Under the pieces are notes generated by a model. It saw nothing but the letters and a program-made list of their open reading frames with translations, was not told the origin of the DNA and ran no database searches. A stretch of DNA of 62,247 nt, filler included. It is 5 parts of 5 records of this genome, joined end to end, with 100 filler letters (N's around TTAATTAATTAA, not from the genome) between each part and the next. Parts side by side here need not be neighbours in the genome. Positions count along the whole stretch, not along the records: positions 55,696 to 62,247 come from DRR378314_591; 4 more parts are not named here. One strand, written 5' to 3'. Position numbers and translations under genes: made by a program. This document shows, piece after piece, positions 62,168-62,247 of this stretch (position 1 is the first letter of the stretch; each line of letters starts with the position of its first letter).

Positions 62168-62247
62168 TGTCTTCCTCCTCCTTCCTCGCTCCACACGCAA
62201 GTGCTCTCTTTCTCTCGCTCCTCCTCTTCCTCTTCCTCCTCCTCCTC
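62168..62247 (+). repeat. CCT/CT-rich low-complexity tract at the window end
   Basis: Repeated CTTCCTCCTCC / CCTCTTCC, probably an intronic pyrimidine tract. Confidence 0.6.

Overview
This window is not one locus. It is five unrelated contigs joined by four artificial 100-nt linkers (44 N + TTAATTAATTAA + 44 N). (1) 1-23364: a Halomonas-like gammaproteobacterium with aceA, slyB-like lipoprotein, slyD, nikR plus a NikR-operator-controlled Ni/peptide-type ABC importer, MFS, NlpC/P60, a four-module DUF1266-like protein, ycjXF, LysR-betC-BCCT and a sugar ABC ATPase. (2) 23465-41085: a GC-rich alphaproteobacterium (Hyphomonadaceae/Caulobacterales-like) with the sdhB end, ftsH-tilS-cpoB-pal-tolBARQ-ybgC, lipocalin, moeB, nadD, proA, acyl-CoA ligase and the carD end. 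(3-5) 41186-62247: three contigs of an intron-rich, GC-rich eukaryote, probably a protist, whose GT-AG gene models I rebuilt by hand: ALG2 (11 exons) divergent from a PH-domain gene; a Cys-string/Gly-repeat membrane protein; an intronless ~972-aa piggyBac-derived gene; and Sec6/EXOC3 divergent from a NADPH oxidase. The most interesting feature is the piggyBac-derived protein. It combines a CCHC zinc knuckle, a degenerate DEDDh-exonuclease-like domain, a transposase core that has lost two of three catalytic aspartates, and an intact Cys-rich domain, with no recognisable terminal repeats, so it is a candidate domesticated double-pseudoenzyme. Also notable are a NOX that appears to carry an N-terminal WW domain, and an aceA leader with AGAGAC repeated at exact 15-nt spacing plus a complementary GTCTC. 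Taxon assignments and domain calls come from motif recognition only; no searches were run.
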